A DNA stretch of 64,000 nucleotides from Octopus sinensis. Lineage: Eukaryota. Below, piece after piece: positions 38,812-53,389 of the stretch. The DNA is taken from assembly GCF_006345805.1 (NCBI RefSeq), contig NC_043005.1:18910001-18974000 (forward strand). The letters are read 5' to 3'. The notes beneath the pieces are model-generated. The model searched no databases, had not been told where the DNA came from, and saw nothing but the letters and a program-made list of their open reading frames with translations. A program made the position numbers and the translations under genes. Numbering within the stretch: the stretch's first letter is position 1; each line of letters starts with the position of its first letter.

Positions 38812-41179
38812 ATCTTAATCACAGATTTTTATAATTATTTTTTTAACTAAACAGTTTGAAACTTCGAATACAGGTAGAATTTCTCACGTAGAACACGGTT
38901 TGCTCTGAATGTTTTTGACAAAATTTCGTATTTTAGAAGTTATTTCGTGTTAAAGTTGTCCTATTTGGTTAATTTTAACCAATCAATGACGGGTGTTTAG
39001 CTGAAGATATGTGCTGCTGTATACGGAAGAGCAACAACTTCCGGGTCATCTTTACTAAACACATTTGGATGTATTCACTTACCGCCTGTGATTATTTTCA
39101 CCACTCTTTTCTTTTTTATTTTTATTTACTTGCCTGTGTTAATTTCGGGATTTATTTTCACCAACTTTTGTTTACTTGCCTGCGTTAATTTGTATGTGTT
39201 ACACCTACATGGTTATTTTATATATTCACCTCTGCCCGAACTGTGTATGTACTGCTATGAAATCTTACAGTGCATTTCAAAATTTAATATTCCACATTAA
39301 AATTGATTTAATCTTGATCCGTTTGTATTGTTTTTCCTTTTGTTTACATTGTATACATGCCTCGTTATGGGTTAGGTTAGTGTTAGGGCTGTGGTTTAGA
39401 ATTAGGGTTAGATTGCATGCTATACTGTCTGCTAAAGACGTATACTGTCTGCTAAAGTGGCACTAAACATTATATACCAGAAATTAAGTAATAAAAGAGT
39501 TAACAGTGTCAACACACTTTACTTCACATATCTATGTTTCTGAGAACAATAAAATAAAATACCAGATAAGTAAATACTGGGTTAATATAGCTGACTAATT
39601 GTGTCCTCCTATAAAATTTCTTGCTTTGTTGCCTTTGTTAGAAATTCCTATTAGTACTATTAATTAGTGCGAGCAAGAGAAAAACTGGTGTTCAGAGAAT
39701 ATCTGCAGGCTTGTTAATGTGAATGTAGATGATGTTTTTGTTTGTTTTTTTTCAACTTCTGTAAATTAATGTCTGGAGAAAAATGATTGCTTGTAAAGTT
39801 TGCTATTCTAGAGAGAAATGATTGGATAAAATATTTAGTATAAGGTTTGAGTTGTGAGACATGTTAAAGATGATGAGGTGGACTCAGTTTAATATAGTAT
39901 ACAGCTTATTAATTCACTGGAATAGCAGATGCTGCTGCTGTGTTTGTTTTTAATTGTTTCTCTGTTTTATTTGAACAACTTGGGTGGAAGAAGGGGCTGT
40001 ATCCTTGGTTTTTGCATTCCTTCTGAGACGAATGGCAAGAGCTGTGACTAAGGTCTTGCAGGCTACTCAAAACTGGTAAGACTGACACAGTTGATTTTGA
40101 ATAATATCATGTTGATGGCTGCAGAAGAAAAAAACATGGGCAAAGAAGTAAGTTCATAAGGCTGACAATCTGGTAAGAAAGGATAGAAAACAAGTTAATG
40201 CTTGGTTTGTATGTGATGTATAACCTACGTGAGCTTCAAACCCCTCGTCGCCAGATGCTGTAGCGTGGTTTGTATCCAATATAATAGTAATACCACTATT
40301 GGGATAATGGCCTACGATACACAGTACCAGTGTGATACAATAACAAGATAACCATGCAGCAGCATTAAGAACGTAACAATCCAACAATCTCTCGCAGACC
40401 AACAATAAATATTCCAAATGAAAAAAAACAATCGACACTTTCCAACTTCACTGTGAAATAACACGAACTTCTACGAACAATATATACTGTCTCGGTTCAG
40501 TCCATTCCTCACAAGAGGATATCTTGACTCTCATCACAACACTAAGATTGTAAGAGGTGACTTGTGGTTACTAACTCTGGGCATGAAGGTGTATCCTGTT
40601 CCACCGACATATTTCCATCTATTTATGCTTACGGTTCTGTTACTACTTTCATTGCTGTCGTTACTACTGGAAACCACCTCTGTCTGGTACTGGCATTTAT
40701 ATGAATAATGTAGACTAAAGACAAGTATCAAATACCATAATATATAAATTCTTTATTTATTAAAATTATATTCAATTGTAGAAGAAGTATTATGATTACC
40801 AAATGGTAATCGATTAGCATATTCAATATTCAAATATACGAACATATTAAGAATAAAGTTATCATTTTGATTCTCGCTATTTCTTGTGTACACGAGGATT
40901 TAACATCATTTGTGAGATACCAGCACAGATCAACAAACCATTTCAGGTCTCTCTGCTGTCATTACACACTCTGCAATTCTCCTCCTTCGTCTACACACCA
41001 TGGTTTTCTGAGTATTCTCTGCATTCACATTTACTATAAACAAGGTACTTGCTTCTGGTGATGGTACAGTGACAGAGGTACACACTTCATATCCATCGAG
41101 AACAAACTGTTTGACATGGAGCTAGCTAGCAGGGAGCTGTACAGACTATAATTGCCTCTTGTGGCATGGTTTCTATGAC

Positions 41180-41570
41180 TAGATGCCTTCCCTAATGCCA
41201 ACTATTTAACAGTCGTGCTTTTTTCGTACCACTGGCATTGGTGCATTTACACAGCACCAGCACGGGTGCTTTAATACAGCACTGGCACGTGCGCTTTTTA
41301 AGTAGTACTAGCACCAGAAAGCACAAGCCTATATGTGTGGAAGAGAATGATTTTACTTAGCTTAACGCATCTTATCAAGTACAGTAAATCACCACATCTC
41401 CCAGTCCCTTATCCTCTCCTCCATGAGGCCCAGCATCCAAAGATCCATTTTCACCATTTTGTCCGACATCTTCCACAATTAGAGCTTGGCACTTCTTTAC
41501 ACAGCTGTCTTCATTCATATGCATCACACAACCAAACCAGCACAGCCTTCTCTCTTGCACTCAACATCTC
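41180..41570 (-). mobile_element. RTE-clade LINE 3' fragment
   Basis: QERRLCWFGCVMHMNEDSCVKKC resembles the RTE ORF C-terminus (LRWFGHVMRM). Confidence 0.8.
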
Positions 41571-42599
41571 ATATATGTATAAACTTTGCCTGTGCAATTA
41601 CTTTTCTGCTGTGCACAATGTCCCTAGAAAATGGAAGAAATGACGTCTTGGTGACCATGATCCTTATTTAGAACCAAACTCTAATTTCTAGAGCATGAGA
41701 TATGTGAATGAAATCACCTTAAAAGATTTACTCAACTAAATAGAATGGAAAAAAGTTCATTTATCCTTTGTATATGTATTGGTAGAATACGAACCAAACT
41801 TACACCAAAAAATGCCTGAATAAAAAAATTGGTGAAATGTAGTATGTTCTTCCCGTCATGATGTTCACATTCACCTGAAAGGTGAGACAACAGTGGAACC
41901 AATAGTCAATAAAATGCAGGTATAATATTTAGAAGGCACTTCAGTTTTTACATAGACACATTTGTTGGTGAAATATTAATAATTATCCTTGTGGTCCTCA
42001 AAAGGGAGCTAATATAATGAGTCTGCGTGAGGAGATCAGCTTGAGCGTTTTGTTATTACATTTCTGATGAAATACACTGCCTTTGTTTTAATTAGTTTTG
42101 AAAATAATGAAGAATTTAGAAAAATAATTATCAAGGTGTTTAGAATATAAACTAACAAGGAATTTTGATGGAAAGCTTTCATTTAGGATCCTTTTAAACA
42201 AAACTGTTTGTATCATTGAACCAGGGTCAGTTTCGAGCTGGTTGGTATCAAAAGGGTTGAAGTATCGAGAGATGCATTCTTAATAAGAACAGTTATAAGT
42301 TCCAACTCCTGGTGAAAGCTAATTGTCTTCATTTATGCAGCTAAATCCTTCTGGGAAAGGCACCTGAAAAACTCCTTGGTAAACTCATTAACGATTTTTT
42401 CCCCTTTATTATAATTAATATTTGAAAAATTTACTCCTTGATCAAAGCTGCATTCACTGTACAGTTATTATGATATATTACACGTGGCTGAAAAGAAAGA
42501 GGGGAATTCCTTTTTACTGGATACTTTTACGAGTGTGTATATATACTGCTATACGGAGTTGCTGCTCGTATACGTATGTGTAGATACTCGTGAATTTGG

Positions 42600-42928
42600 T
42601 ACAGCTTATTATAGAGATATTTTCAGCCATTTAATTTGGGGGAGAACTTAGCTATGGAATATTTTTTCTATATTCCTCCTGAAAGAGGTGTCGTTCTTCG
42701 GACATTTGTAGAAGGGAACGATCTTAAATATATATGTTCGGCAGGAAAAACTACGCAAGATACCACTGAGTACACACCTAGCTACGTGTGGAGAACGAAA
42801 ATTTAAGATCTTTCTCTTCTACAAATGTCCGAAGACGACACCTCTTTCAGGAGGAATATGGAAAAATATTTCATAGCTAAGTTCTCCCCCAAATTAAATG
42901 GCTGAAAATATCTCTATAATAAACTGTA
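42600..42928. mobile_element. Tc1/mariner-type MITE with ~125-bp TIRs
   Basis: TA|CAG..CTG|TA termini; arms 42600-42728 and 42801-42928 are near-perfect reverse complements. Confidence 0.85.
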
Positions 42929-43158
42929 CCAGATGAAGGACCAAACTTGCTAAGTAAACTGTATTAAACACACACACACACACACACACACACTGTTATA
43001 TACATTATATTATTTTTGTAATTTACTTAATTTTTACTTTTTAACTGTCATTTTAATTTTATCTTTTCTATGATATGCAATTTTCTAGATAGTGTAATTT
43101 AATTGTTCATTTTGAATCGATAAAAGGTGTTTTTTTTTCTAATACTTTATGTATAAGC

Positions 43159-43245
<87 letters not shown>

Positions 43246-43250
<5 letters not shown>

Positions 43251-45250
43251 AAATAGTAAAGAGTGAAAAAACGACAGAAGGCTTAAATGTTAAAATATAT
43301 ATAATTTGCGTCAATATGTCTGAGAATATTAGAACATTTTTAAAAAAAACTAAAACTACGACCCATTGTAGCTGGCCCAACCTGTAAAACACACAGACTA
43401 AGTCTACTTATGGACATCCTCCTGAAACCCTTTCTTAAACATATCGATAGCCATATCAGAGATGACTTAGATATGTTAAACCACCTTCCAAAAAAAGCCA
43501 AGGAAGAAACAATCCTGGTTTCATTTGATGTAGTCAACTTGTATACCAGTATACCTCATAATTATGGACTGGAGGCAATACAGTTCTGGTTAGACCAATT
43601 TCCGGAAGAAATACCAAAAAGAATCAGTAAAGAATTCATTACTAAATCAATTGAATTCATCCTACACAATAACCACTTCATGTTTGACAATACATTTTAC
43701 CGTCAAAATCGGAATTGCTATGGGTACAAGGGCAGCACCAGTCATTGCGAACTTAACAATGGGATACATGGAATAGTCATTTACCAGGAATCTTTATCAA
43801 TCTTTGGAAACCCCCTCTCTCAATACATAAAAGAGAATTGGAAACGATTCTTAGACGATTGTTTTATTCTCTGGAATGAAAACACAGATAAACTCCTAAA
43901 ATTTAAAAACCTATTGAACAGCATAAACCCAAATATACAGTTCACAATGGAATACAACCAAAGGAGCTCCCGTTCTTGGATATACTAATTAAAAAAATTA
44001 ACCTTAAAATAGAAACAGACATTTTTTACAAAGCCACAGACGCCAAACAATACCTTCTTTTTAATTCATGCCACCCAAGACACACTAAAACAAACATGCC
44101 CTTCAACCTTGCAAGAAGGATATGCACAATAGTCTCAGAACAAAATACCAGGAACTTTAGACTGCAAGAACTCAAAACACCCTAATTGACAGACATTACC
44201 CAGCTCAACTCATAGAGGATGGGATCAGACGTGCAACAGAAATAACATAGAAACTTTAAGAAAAGTTCAACACAACACACACCTTCCCCGAAAATACTAC
44301 CTTACATATCTACATACAACCCCAGAAACAAAGAAGCCTTCACCATCATCACCCAGAATTTACCAATACTTCATAAAAACCCCAAATTAAAGGAAATTCT
44401 AAACATACACCAAATCATTAAAAGCTACAAACAGCCTAAATCACTTTAAAAGATTCTCACAAAGTCTTCTGAAATTACGGATGCAATAGTAAAAAAATGT
44501 GGTAGATCGAACTGTGCAACATGTCCTAACCTGCTAGAAGGATCAGAATTCCTCTTTAAAGAGGGACAGAAATTCAAGATCAAATCTAACTTTACTTGTG
44601 CCTCTGAAAACATAATTTATGTCATAAAATGCTCGGGCTGCCACCAAGACTACGTGGGTTCCACGGGACTATCACTCAGACGTAGATGCACACTGCATCG
44701 ACAACAGATCGCATTCCCAGAATATAGAATGATACCTTTTAGTGAGCACATTGAGAAATGCGCAAAGCACTACTACCACAATTTTAATCTTTCCATTTTA
44801 CCAATGTGCTTTCGGATCATCAACACAAATTAGACTAAACAAGGAAACATTCTTCATTGAAAAGTACAAGCCCAGACTCAACCATCCGAACATATTGATA
44901 CAGAGAATTTCATATTAAGGGAAAGGAAAAAATTTTTAAGCGATTATCTCCCTTACACCGGAAGAAATCACCCACTACCTCCCCTTATTTAGAACTCTCC
45001 GGAACATAAACACAACGATAATTCTATTCAACATAAACATAACGTCACAAGAAATTTGAAAAGCTACACGCGAAACCGGTCTTTCATTTAATTGTCATTA
45101 TAAGGGGAAAAAATTTTTTTTTTTTTAATTTTCTAATATTCTTCAGACATATGACGCAAATATATATATTTTTTAACATTTAAGCCTTCTGTCGTTTTTC
45201 ACTCTTTACTATTTTCTATATATTCACCCACGTGCTTTCACAACCAACTT
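43246..45250 (+). mobile_element. 5'-truncated Penelope-like element (RT, Cys linker, GIY-YIG) with inverted pLTR at the 5' end
   Basis: LRPIVAGP, VSFDVVNLYTSI, GIAMGTRAAPVIANL, WKRFLDDCF, YLLFNSCHP, CGRSNCATC, IYVIKCSGCHQDYVGST; frameshifted. 43246-43345 is the reverse complement of ~45120-45220. Confidence 0.92.
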
Positions 45251-45255
45251 TCTTA

Positions 45256-45294
<39 letters not shown>

Positions 45295-45761
45295 AAACAA
45301 TACTGGGAGGATAAGAAACGGAACGAAGCGAAGAATCGAACGAACCCGACGCTTTTCCGTTTTCGTTCCTGTTGAGTTCTACGTCTTTTTGTGGTGTCCT
45401 GTACTTACGTATATAAATTTATATATGCATGTATATATACATCACGTACATATATGTTTGTATGTATGCATATATTTTATTTATTACACTATATATATAT
45501 ATATATATATATCTATATATATAGTGGTTTAAATATCAACAATTTTTTCTCCTTCCTCCCTTTTTTTCTCTTCCCTTCTTCAAACTCTCAGACACACACA
45601 GACACACACACACCTCTACAAAACTATCATAAAAACAAATTTTCCCCTAACCCCAAAAAAACATTTGGCCATCCCCCATTAAACACACACACACTCTCTC
45701 ACAATGATAAAAAGAAATATAATTTATGGTCTACCTCCCCGCCACCACACACTCAGTGACA

Positions 45762-46190
45762 CTGTGAAATGGTCAAAACTGAAATTCTTTTTTCCCAAGA
45801 CCTTAGAACCCCCTTGGAGTCAATATTCTGTCCAGCAGACGAAAAAATTCTTTTCTTCTTCTTCCCTCTCCCTTCCCCTCTTTCTCTTCAGCACTCATCC
45901 CAGATACAAAAACACACACATACACACATGTTCTCTCTCTCACTTTCTCCTCATCCATCACCCTCTTGTACTGTCTGATATTCCTCCCCACCACCACAAA
46001 CTCAATACCACTATAAATGGTCAAAACTCCTCACACAGGAACTTAGTTTGATTTGAAAACCCCACTAGAATGGGAGAAAGCCTAATACATGATACTAATC
46101 TAAGTTATATGATATATAAAAAATGTAATATACAAATAAATATCTGTAAATATAAACCATCCGATTTTCTGAGTACCTCATTTCTTCTAA
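45762..46190 (+). repeat. interspersed repeat; partner of 37481-37948 (may extend to ~45520)
   Basis: Near-identical inverted copy. Confidence 0.85.
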
Positions 46191-46215
46191 TATATATATA
46201 TATATATATATATAC

Positions 46216-46371
46216 ACGACGGGCGCCTTTTTGATTCCGTCTATCAAATCCATTTACAAGCCTTGGTCGGCTGGCCCGAGGCTACAGTAGAAGACTTTAG
46301 CCCAAGGTTCACGTGGGGCTGAGCCCGGAAACATGTGGTTAGGAAGCAAATTTCTTGCTACACAGCCACGC
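46216..46371 (-). mobile_element. SINE family A, 5' half, degenerate
   Basis: Homology to other copies. Confidence 0.7.
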
Positions 46372-46544
46372 TTATGTATTGTGTTTATAGAATTTGAGGG
46401 TAGATGGGGTGAACGAGGAAGTAAGAAGGCCTATATGTATCCTGTACGGATATACTTGGATATCTGTGCGGTCAGTGTTGGCGTTCTGATGTGCCTGTGT
46501 GAGTAGGGGTCAGTTAGGAAGATAGATTGGTTCTAATGTAAGCA

Positions 46545-47518
46545 CAGGTCCAGTAATTTTTAAGGATGGGTTTAGTCCATACCATCGACTCCGAGATTTC
46601 ACAGGTACTTGATTTTATCGAACACGTGAAGATAAAAGACATACTTGACCTTGGCGAGAACTGAACCCGGATCATAAAGAGCCAGAATATCGCAAGTGAG
46701 TCTTCCAACGCTTTAGCAATTCTGCCAGCTCCCGACATTTCAACAACAACAACAACAACAACAATAATAATAACAATAATCTTTTTAACTATAGGCACAT
46801 GGCTTGAAATTGGGGGAGAGGACTGGTCGATTTCATCGACCCCAGTGTTTCACTGGTATTTAATTTATCGACCCCGAGAGGATTAAAAGCAAAGTCGACC
46901 CCGGCAGAATTTGAACTGAGAATGTGCAGACACACGAAGTGCCGCTAAGCAAACGATTCTACCAGCACAAGGCCTGGAGTTTGAAGCAGGGAACTAGTTG
47001 TTATATCGACTCCAGTACTCAACTGGTACTTATTTTATGAAAGGTAAAGTCAACCATGGCAGAATTTGAACTCAGAATGTAAAGCCGGAAGAAATGTCAC
47101 TAAGCATTTTATTCGGCTTGTTAGTGATTCAGCCAGCTCTCCACCTTCGGTTTCTTATTTGGGAAAGAGACCAATATTTTTAAGGTGAGGAGTTTAGTCG
47201 ATGCCCTCATGACTAGACTGCTGATTTGTTATCGACCCTGAAAGAAAGAAAAACAAAATTGACCTTGGCGAGAATTGAACCCAGAAGGTAAAGCGTTAAA
47301 AGACACATCGATCTATTTTCCGACACTTTGACGATTCTACCAGTTCACCGCATTTCACTATTAATAACAATGGTTTTGAATTTTAAAGGGTACTATTTTG
47401 TCGATCGCGTGAGGACGAAAGGCAAAGTCGACTTCGACGAAATTTGAACTACTCAGACCGTAAAGAGCCGGAAGAAATACCTCTAAGTAGTTTGTCCGAC
47501 GCGCTAACGATTCTGTCA
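46545..47518 (-). mobile_element. cluster of ~5 co-oriented degenerate SINE family C copies
   Basis: Repeated AAAGTCGACC..GCAGAATTTGAACTCAG..CGATTC..CCAG motifs. Confidence 0.7.
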
Positions 47519-47530
47519 TCATAATGCTTT

Positions 47531-47916
47531 GAGGAAGTACTCCGTCGGTTACGACGACGAGGGTTCCGGTTGATCCGATCAACGGAACAGCCTGCTCGTG
47601 AAATTAACGTGTAAGTGGCTGAGCACTCCACAGACACGTGTACCCTTAACATAGTTCTCGGGGATATTCAGCGTGACACAGAGAGTGACAAGGCCGGCCC
47701 TTTGAAATACAGGTACAACAGAAACAGGAAGTAAGAGTGAGAGAAAGTTGTGGTGAAAGAGTACAGCAGGGATCGCCACCATTCCTTGCCGGAGCCTCGT
47801 GGAGCTTTTAGGTGTTTTCGCTCAATAAACACTCACAACGTCCGGTCTGGGAATCGAAACCGCGATCCTACGACCGCGAGTCCGCTGCCCTAACCACTGG
47901 GCCATTGTGCCTCCAC
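47531..47916 (-). mobile_element. SINE family B with TSD
   Basis: TSD TCATAATGCTTT. Confidence 0.92.
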
Positions 47917-48627
47917 TCATAATGCTTTAATACATATAAGAATTACAAGAACAACGAAATGCCGATTATAGTACATTACTTTGTCACAATCTCGTAAATA
48001 TTTATGTTACCGATAAAATTATTTGAACCGAATCTAAATACATTACTGGTATTACGAGACCTAGAAAATGAAAGGAAAGAAACACAACCATAACATGATA
48101 TGAACGTATAACGCACAAACTATCTCACAAAGTATTTGTCCAACGCCCCATTGTCTGCTTGCACATTCCATAGAATATATTAATAAAAGAAAATGAAGAG
48201 TAAAATTAGATTTAATTATTGAAAATTGGACATGAAATCTTTATATCTACTTATCTGTCATTTACTCAATAAATTCTTATGATTGTAATGTAATTTTAAT
48301 CATATCGGTTTAGGTCCGTCGACGGTGTGTGTGGGTGGGGGGGGGGATTGGCTCAGTGCTAATCACACAGATGGCTTTACAGTGGGACACGATAAGGTCA
48401 CGCACCTCCAATAATGTGTGGATTGGCAAATTGCTCCACTATTCAATAAACGGAACAGACACTGACCATTACCAAATTGCTGATCTTTGATCTCGCTACA
48501 TGGAAATGACGTCTTGGAGGATTATTCGAAATAATCTTTCTGAAGTTAAATACACACATACATGCATGCATGCGCAATTGTGTTTTGAGTGAGTTGATGT
48601 GTGTATGAATGTGTATGCGTGTGAATA

Positions 48628-48672
<45 letters not shown>

Positions 48673-48673
48673 C

Positions 48674-49081
48674 TCTCTTTTACTCTTTTACTTGTTTCAG
48701 TCATTTGACTGCGGTCATGCTGGAGCACCGCCTTTAGTCGAGCAAATCGACCCCGGGACTTATTCTTTGTAAGCCCAGTACTTATTCTATCGGTCTCTTT
48801 TGCCGAACCGCTAAGTGACGGGGACGTAAACACACCAGCATCGGTTGTCAAGCAATGCTAGGGGGACAAACACAGACACACAAACACATACACACACACT
48901 TATATATATATATACATATATATACGACAGGCTTCTTTCAGTTTCCGTCTACCAAATCCACTCACAAGGCATTGGTCTGCCCGGGGCTATAGCAGAAGAC
49001 ACTTGCCCAAGATGCCACGCAGTGGGACTGAACCCGGAACCATGTGGTTGGTAAGCAAGCTACTAACCACACAGCCACTCC
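48674..49081 (-). mobile_element. SINE family A (young subfamily)
   Basis: Shares diagnostic variants with 10727-11140. Confidence 0.92.
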
Positions 49082-49890
49082 TATATATATATTTTATTTA
49101 AAGCAGCAGAAAATTCAACAAAACCTGTTACTCTGAGTAACAGATTTTGTTAACCCGCTCCGGTGTAAATATATATATAGATAGATAGATAAATAGATAT
49201 ATAGTTATACATATATATATATATGTACATGGACGCAGACACACACACATATACATATACATACATCCACACATACATACATGAATGGATGCATGCATGC
49301 ATACATACAGACATACATGCATGAATTCATGCATACATTCATATGTACATACATAACAGGTTAAGAAGTTTCACGCGAGTCCATTTATATTGAAAAAGAT
49401 GAAGAGAAGAAAATGGCAGAAAGTAAGACATTATTTATATCTTTAACGAAGGGGGCTACCGTTTTCCATCGTTTTAAAAAGACGATCTATTCATACTGAA
49501 ATAAAAGAAAAAGGAACTGAAATAAATTAAATTAATCTTTCTGAGGATCAGTCTGGATGTTTATATGCTTTTTTTTTATAGAAAAAACAGTAATTTGTTT
49601 TCTTATGACTGCTTCCGGGTAGCAGTTAATAACATTTGTAGTTGGCTGTTAGGGAAAATATGAGGATGTAGGGCTACAGTAGTGTTAATAGCGGTTGTCA
49701 CCCTTGCACTGCCACAGGATTTAGATTACGTCGTTGGATTTAGATTATGTTGTAGAATTGTTATCGTTAAATTTATATAAAAGAGAAATTGAAAAGATCG
49801 GTTGTTTTGTGTGTGTGAGTGCGTGCGTATGCGTGTGCATGTGTGTATGGGTGTGTATATATACATATACATATACATATATATATACAT

Positions 49891-49948
<58 letters not shown>

Positions 49949-50029
49949 GTATATATATATATATATACATATATGTATATAGATTGATAGATAGATAGAA
50001 AAATAGAAAGATAAATAGATACATAAATA

Positions 50030-50230
<201 letters not shown>

Positions 50231-50310
50231 GTCACATATTATATTACAGATAAATTCTTCTATTTACATAGTATCGAGGTCTCATTCATTCTTTTGTTGT
50301 CATACCGTTA
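50231..50310 (+). mobile_element. 3'-terminal fragment of the 5241-5508 family
   Basis: GTCACATATT..ACAG(A/G)TAAATTC(T/C)TCTATTTACATA(G/A)TATCGAGGTCTC..CTTTTGTTGTC; both copies follow (AGAT)n. Confidence 0.7.
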
Positions 50311-50354
50311 TTATTATATATGTATATGTATGTATACATACATACATACATACA

Positions 50355-50390
<36 letters not shown>

Positions 50391-51399
50391 TATATGACAT
50401 ACTATGTAGCTGGGGTTCCTAATAGATGGTATTAGTCCTTATCAGTGTATAATTATGGCTAAGATGTAGTACACTCTCTACACACACTTGAATTCCTAAA
50501 GGATGGCCCCCACAACAAATGTAGATTAGAACGTGTGTGTGTGTGTATGTGTGTATGTATGTGTGTGTGTATTTGATGTATACACTGCTGCATAGATGTG
50601 AATACAAATGGACATATATATTTCGATTATAAGTGCAAGCTTGGTGTAGGTTCTCATTGATGATTTATGACAATCTATTTTACACGACGTCATTAATGTT
50701 AAGAACTTTGGACCATAATATATCACGAAATCACTTGATTCCAATTTAAATTCAAGTTTAAGAGTGAAATGGTTTCCAAATAACCTTTGCGCGAATTAGT
50801 TGACTCTAATAGAATTTTCATCGTTCTTTCCACAGCAAATTCATTCTCCTTTCAAAATCAGCTTTTGGTTGAGAAACAGATTAATATCTCTAAGGATTCT
50901 TCCTGAATAAATTTGCATGTTTGATGTTACACCATAAACATAAACATACAAACATATACACATACATACACATGTACATATATATACACATATATGCATA
51001 CATGCATATATATTTATATATGTATATATATGTATATATATATATATATATGTATTTGTATATATATGTGCATATATATGTATATATGTGTGTATACACA
51101 CATACATATCTATATATTTAAACTTCGACACATTTGACATTTGTAAATGTGTTAGAAGAATGTATATTACTGATATATATGTTAATATTTATGTAGCTAT
51201 GTATGTTTGTTTGACTCCCTCTTTCTTTCTCTCTCTACATACATACATACATACCTATGTACATACATGCATGTATACATACATACATACATACATACAT
51301 ACATACATACATACATACATACATACATACATACATACATACATACATACATACATACATACGTACGTACGTACATATATTTATAGATAGATATAGGCA

Positions 51400-51866
51400 T
51401 TGGTACGCAGCGAACTGAGATAGTGTATCAGGTTTTACCAAAAGTTTGGTGATGCTCAAACCTTCCAGATGACTCAGCAGGTCTTTGGCGAAGATGCCAA
51501 GGGCAAAACGAAGATCAAGGAGTGGTATGACCGCTTTAAACATAGCCGCACTTCAGTAAGGAGCAAGGAACGCTCATGTAGGACATTCACAAGCCGAGAG
51601 GACAAGACGATTGAGAAGGTTCGCCGAATAATCTTGGGAGACCACTGTGTAACAATTCAGCAAATTGCTCACCAAATGGGAAAAAGCAGACGTTCAAAGC
51701 AATTTATTTTAACGAAGGATTTGTAGATGCGGAGAATGTCGGCGAAATTCGTCCCCAAGGTACTGGCAGATCAGCAAAGGCGAGACCGCATCGAAATCGC
51801 TTTGGACTGTGCAAACTACGACCCAGACTTCATGAAGACCATCTCCGGTGATGAGACATGTATTTA
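51400..51866 (+). mobile_element. mariner transposase N-terminal remnant
   Basis: QVFGEDA..KEWYDRFK..; RMSAKFVPKVL; SGDETC (TGDETW-like). Confidence 0.85.
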
Positions 51867-51969
51867 AGGTTTCTCATTAATGCGTTCGAGAATCTTGCGT
51901 ATAAATGAAAATCCGATGAGCGCTCACTACAGGTTTGTACTCTAGGCGTAACAGCCGGGAACTGACGCA

Positions 51970-52348
51970 GATGGCTTCTAATATAGCCTCGGATTGACCG
52001 AAGCCTTGTGAGTAGATTTGGTAGAAGGAAACTGAAAGAAGCTCGCTGAATATATTTATGTGTCTGTGTGTGTGTTTGTCTGTCTGTGTGTGTACGTGTA
52101 TCTATGTGTGTGTGTTTCTGTGTGTGTATGTGTGTGTTTTTATGTTGTGTTTCTCCGGCACCACCGCTTCACAACTACTGCTGATGTGATTTCGTCCCCG
52201 TAGCCTAGCAATTCGGCAAATCAGACCGATAGACTAAGTACCAGACTTAAAAATTAAGTAACAGGGTCGATTCATTCGACTAAAATTTCTTTAAGGGGGT
52301 GCCCCAGCATGGCCACAGTTAAATGGCTGAAACAATTAAAAGATAAAA
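51970..52348 (+). mobile_element. degenerate SINE family A, 5'-truncated
   Basis: Homology; internal (TG)n; tail AAAGATAAAAG. Confidence 0.75.
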
Positions 52349-52538
52349 GCTGTCTGTATGCATTTGCGAGAAATGGAACAGTGGAGTAAAGTCTTCCATA
52401 ATACATACATTTTATCTTGTGTATTTTATTAGAGCCATGTTGGGGCTCCACTTTCAAGAGATTTTATCATAAAATCAACCCCCGGTATTTACTTTTTTAA
52501 AGTGTGGTACTTACCAACATGTGGTGATGGACAAATCC

Positions 52539-52611
<73 letters not shown>

Positions 52612-52904
52612 CATATAACTTACTTGGAAGAAGACGCGTGACGTTCAATCATATAATAACAATTTAATAAATAAAACATATGCATACATACATATATGTA
52701 CATACCTACATCTATAGATAAGAATTCAAATACAGTAGCCCCAAAAAGGACTTTAATGCGTTCTCGGAGTATATAAATCATATCAGGAAATAGTAATAAG
52801 GTATGTATCATAAAATCCTGAAGTATATTATGTAATAGCAGTCTAATCCGATATGAGACAACAATTCAAAGTAAATAACTCTGAAAAGAGCTTTTGTGCG
52901 TTCC

Positions 52905-53389
52905 AAGAGAATATTACCCGCAGGGGCGCTAACGTTGTATATTCGTAAATAAGTCACTAACCGAAATAAGCGGATCTATTGTTTAGGGAAATACTATTTA
53001 CTTCTTTAAGGGTTGTCCTGGATAAATAGCGAAAATAACTCCAGCAATTCAAATACAAAAAAATAAGCATACTCAATTTCATTTTTACAAAATACATTTT
53101 GGAAAATAAATGGGTTATTTCACTTGGCTATATATAAGGATTCCTTCCACGGGTAAATGGGTTTTTCCCTTGGTTTTAAAAATAGAATATATTAGATATA
53201 TATAATGATTCCTTCCGAGGGTCCTATTATCAATTTTTTTCAACAATCTAAGCATGTCCTGAAGTTTCCAGACATGAGTTCTACTCACAAGTCAAGTTTC
53301 ATCATAATCGATAAAACAATGTAGGAGGGGTTAGCTAGCAACTCCACAAACACACCCACAAACAGAATTTCTCACATATATATAGTAGA
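52905..53389 (-). mobile_element. second non-autonomous Helitron/HINE-like family
   Basis: Minus-strand A|TC start, homology to the 37995 copy; 3' boundary uncertain. Confidence 0.5.

Noticed and set aside
44480-44760. Selenocysteine (UGA) substitution in PLE Cys motifs
   Set aside because: The motifs use TGT/TGC; no in-frame TGA at Cys positions
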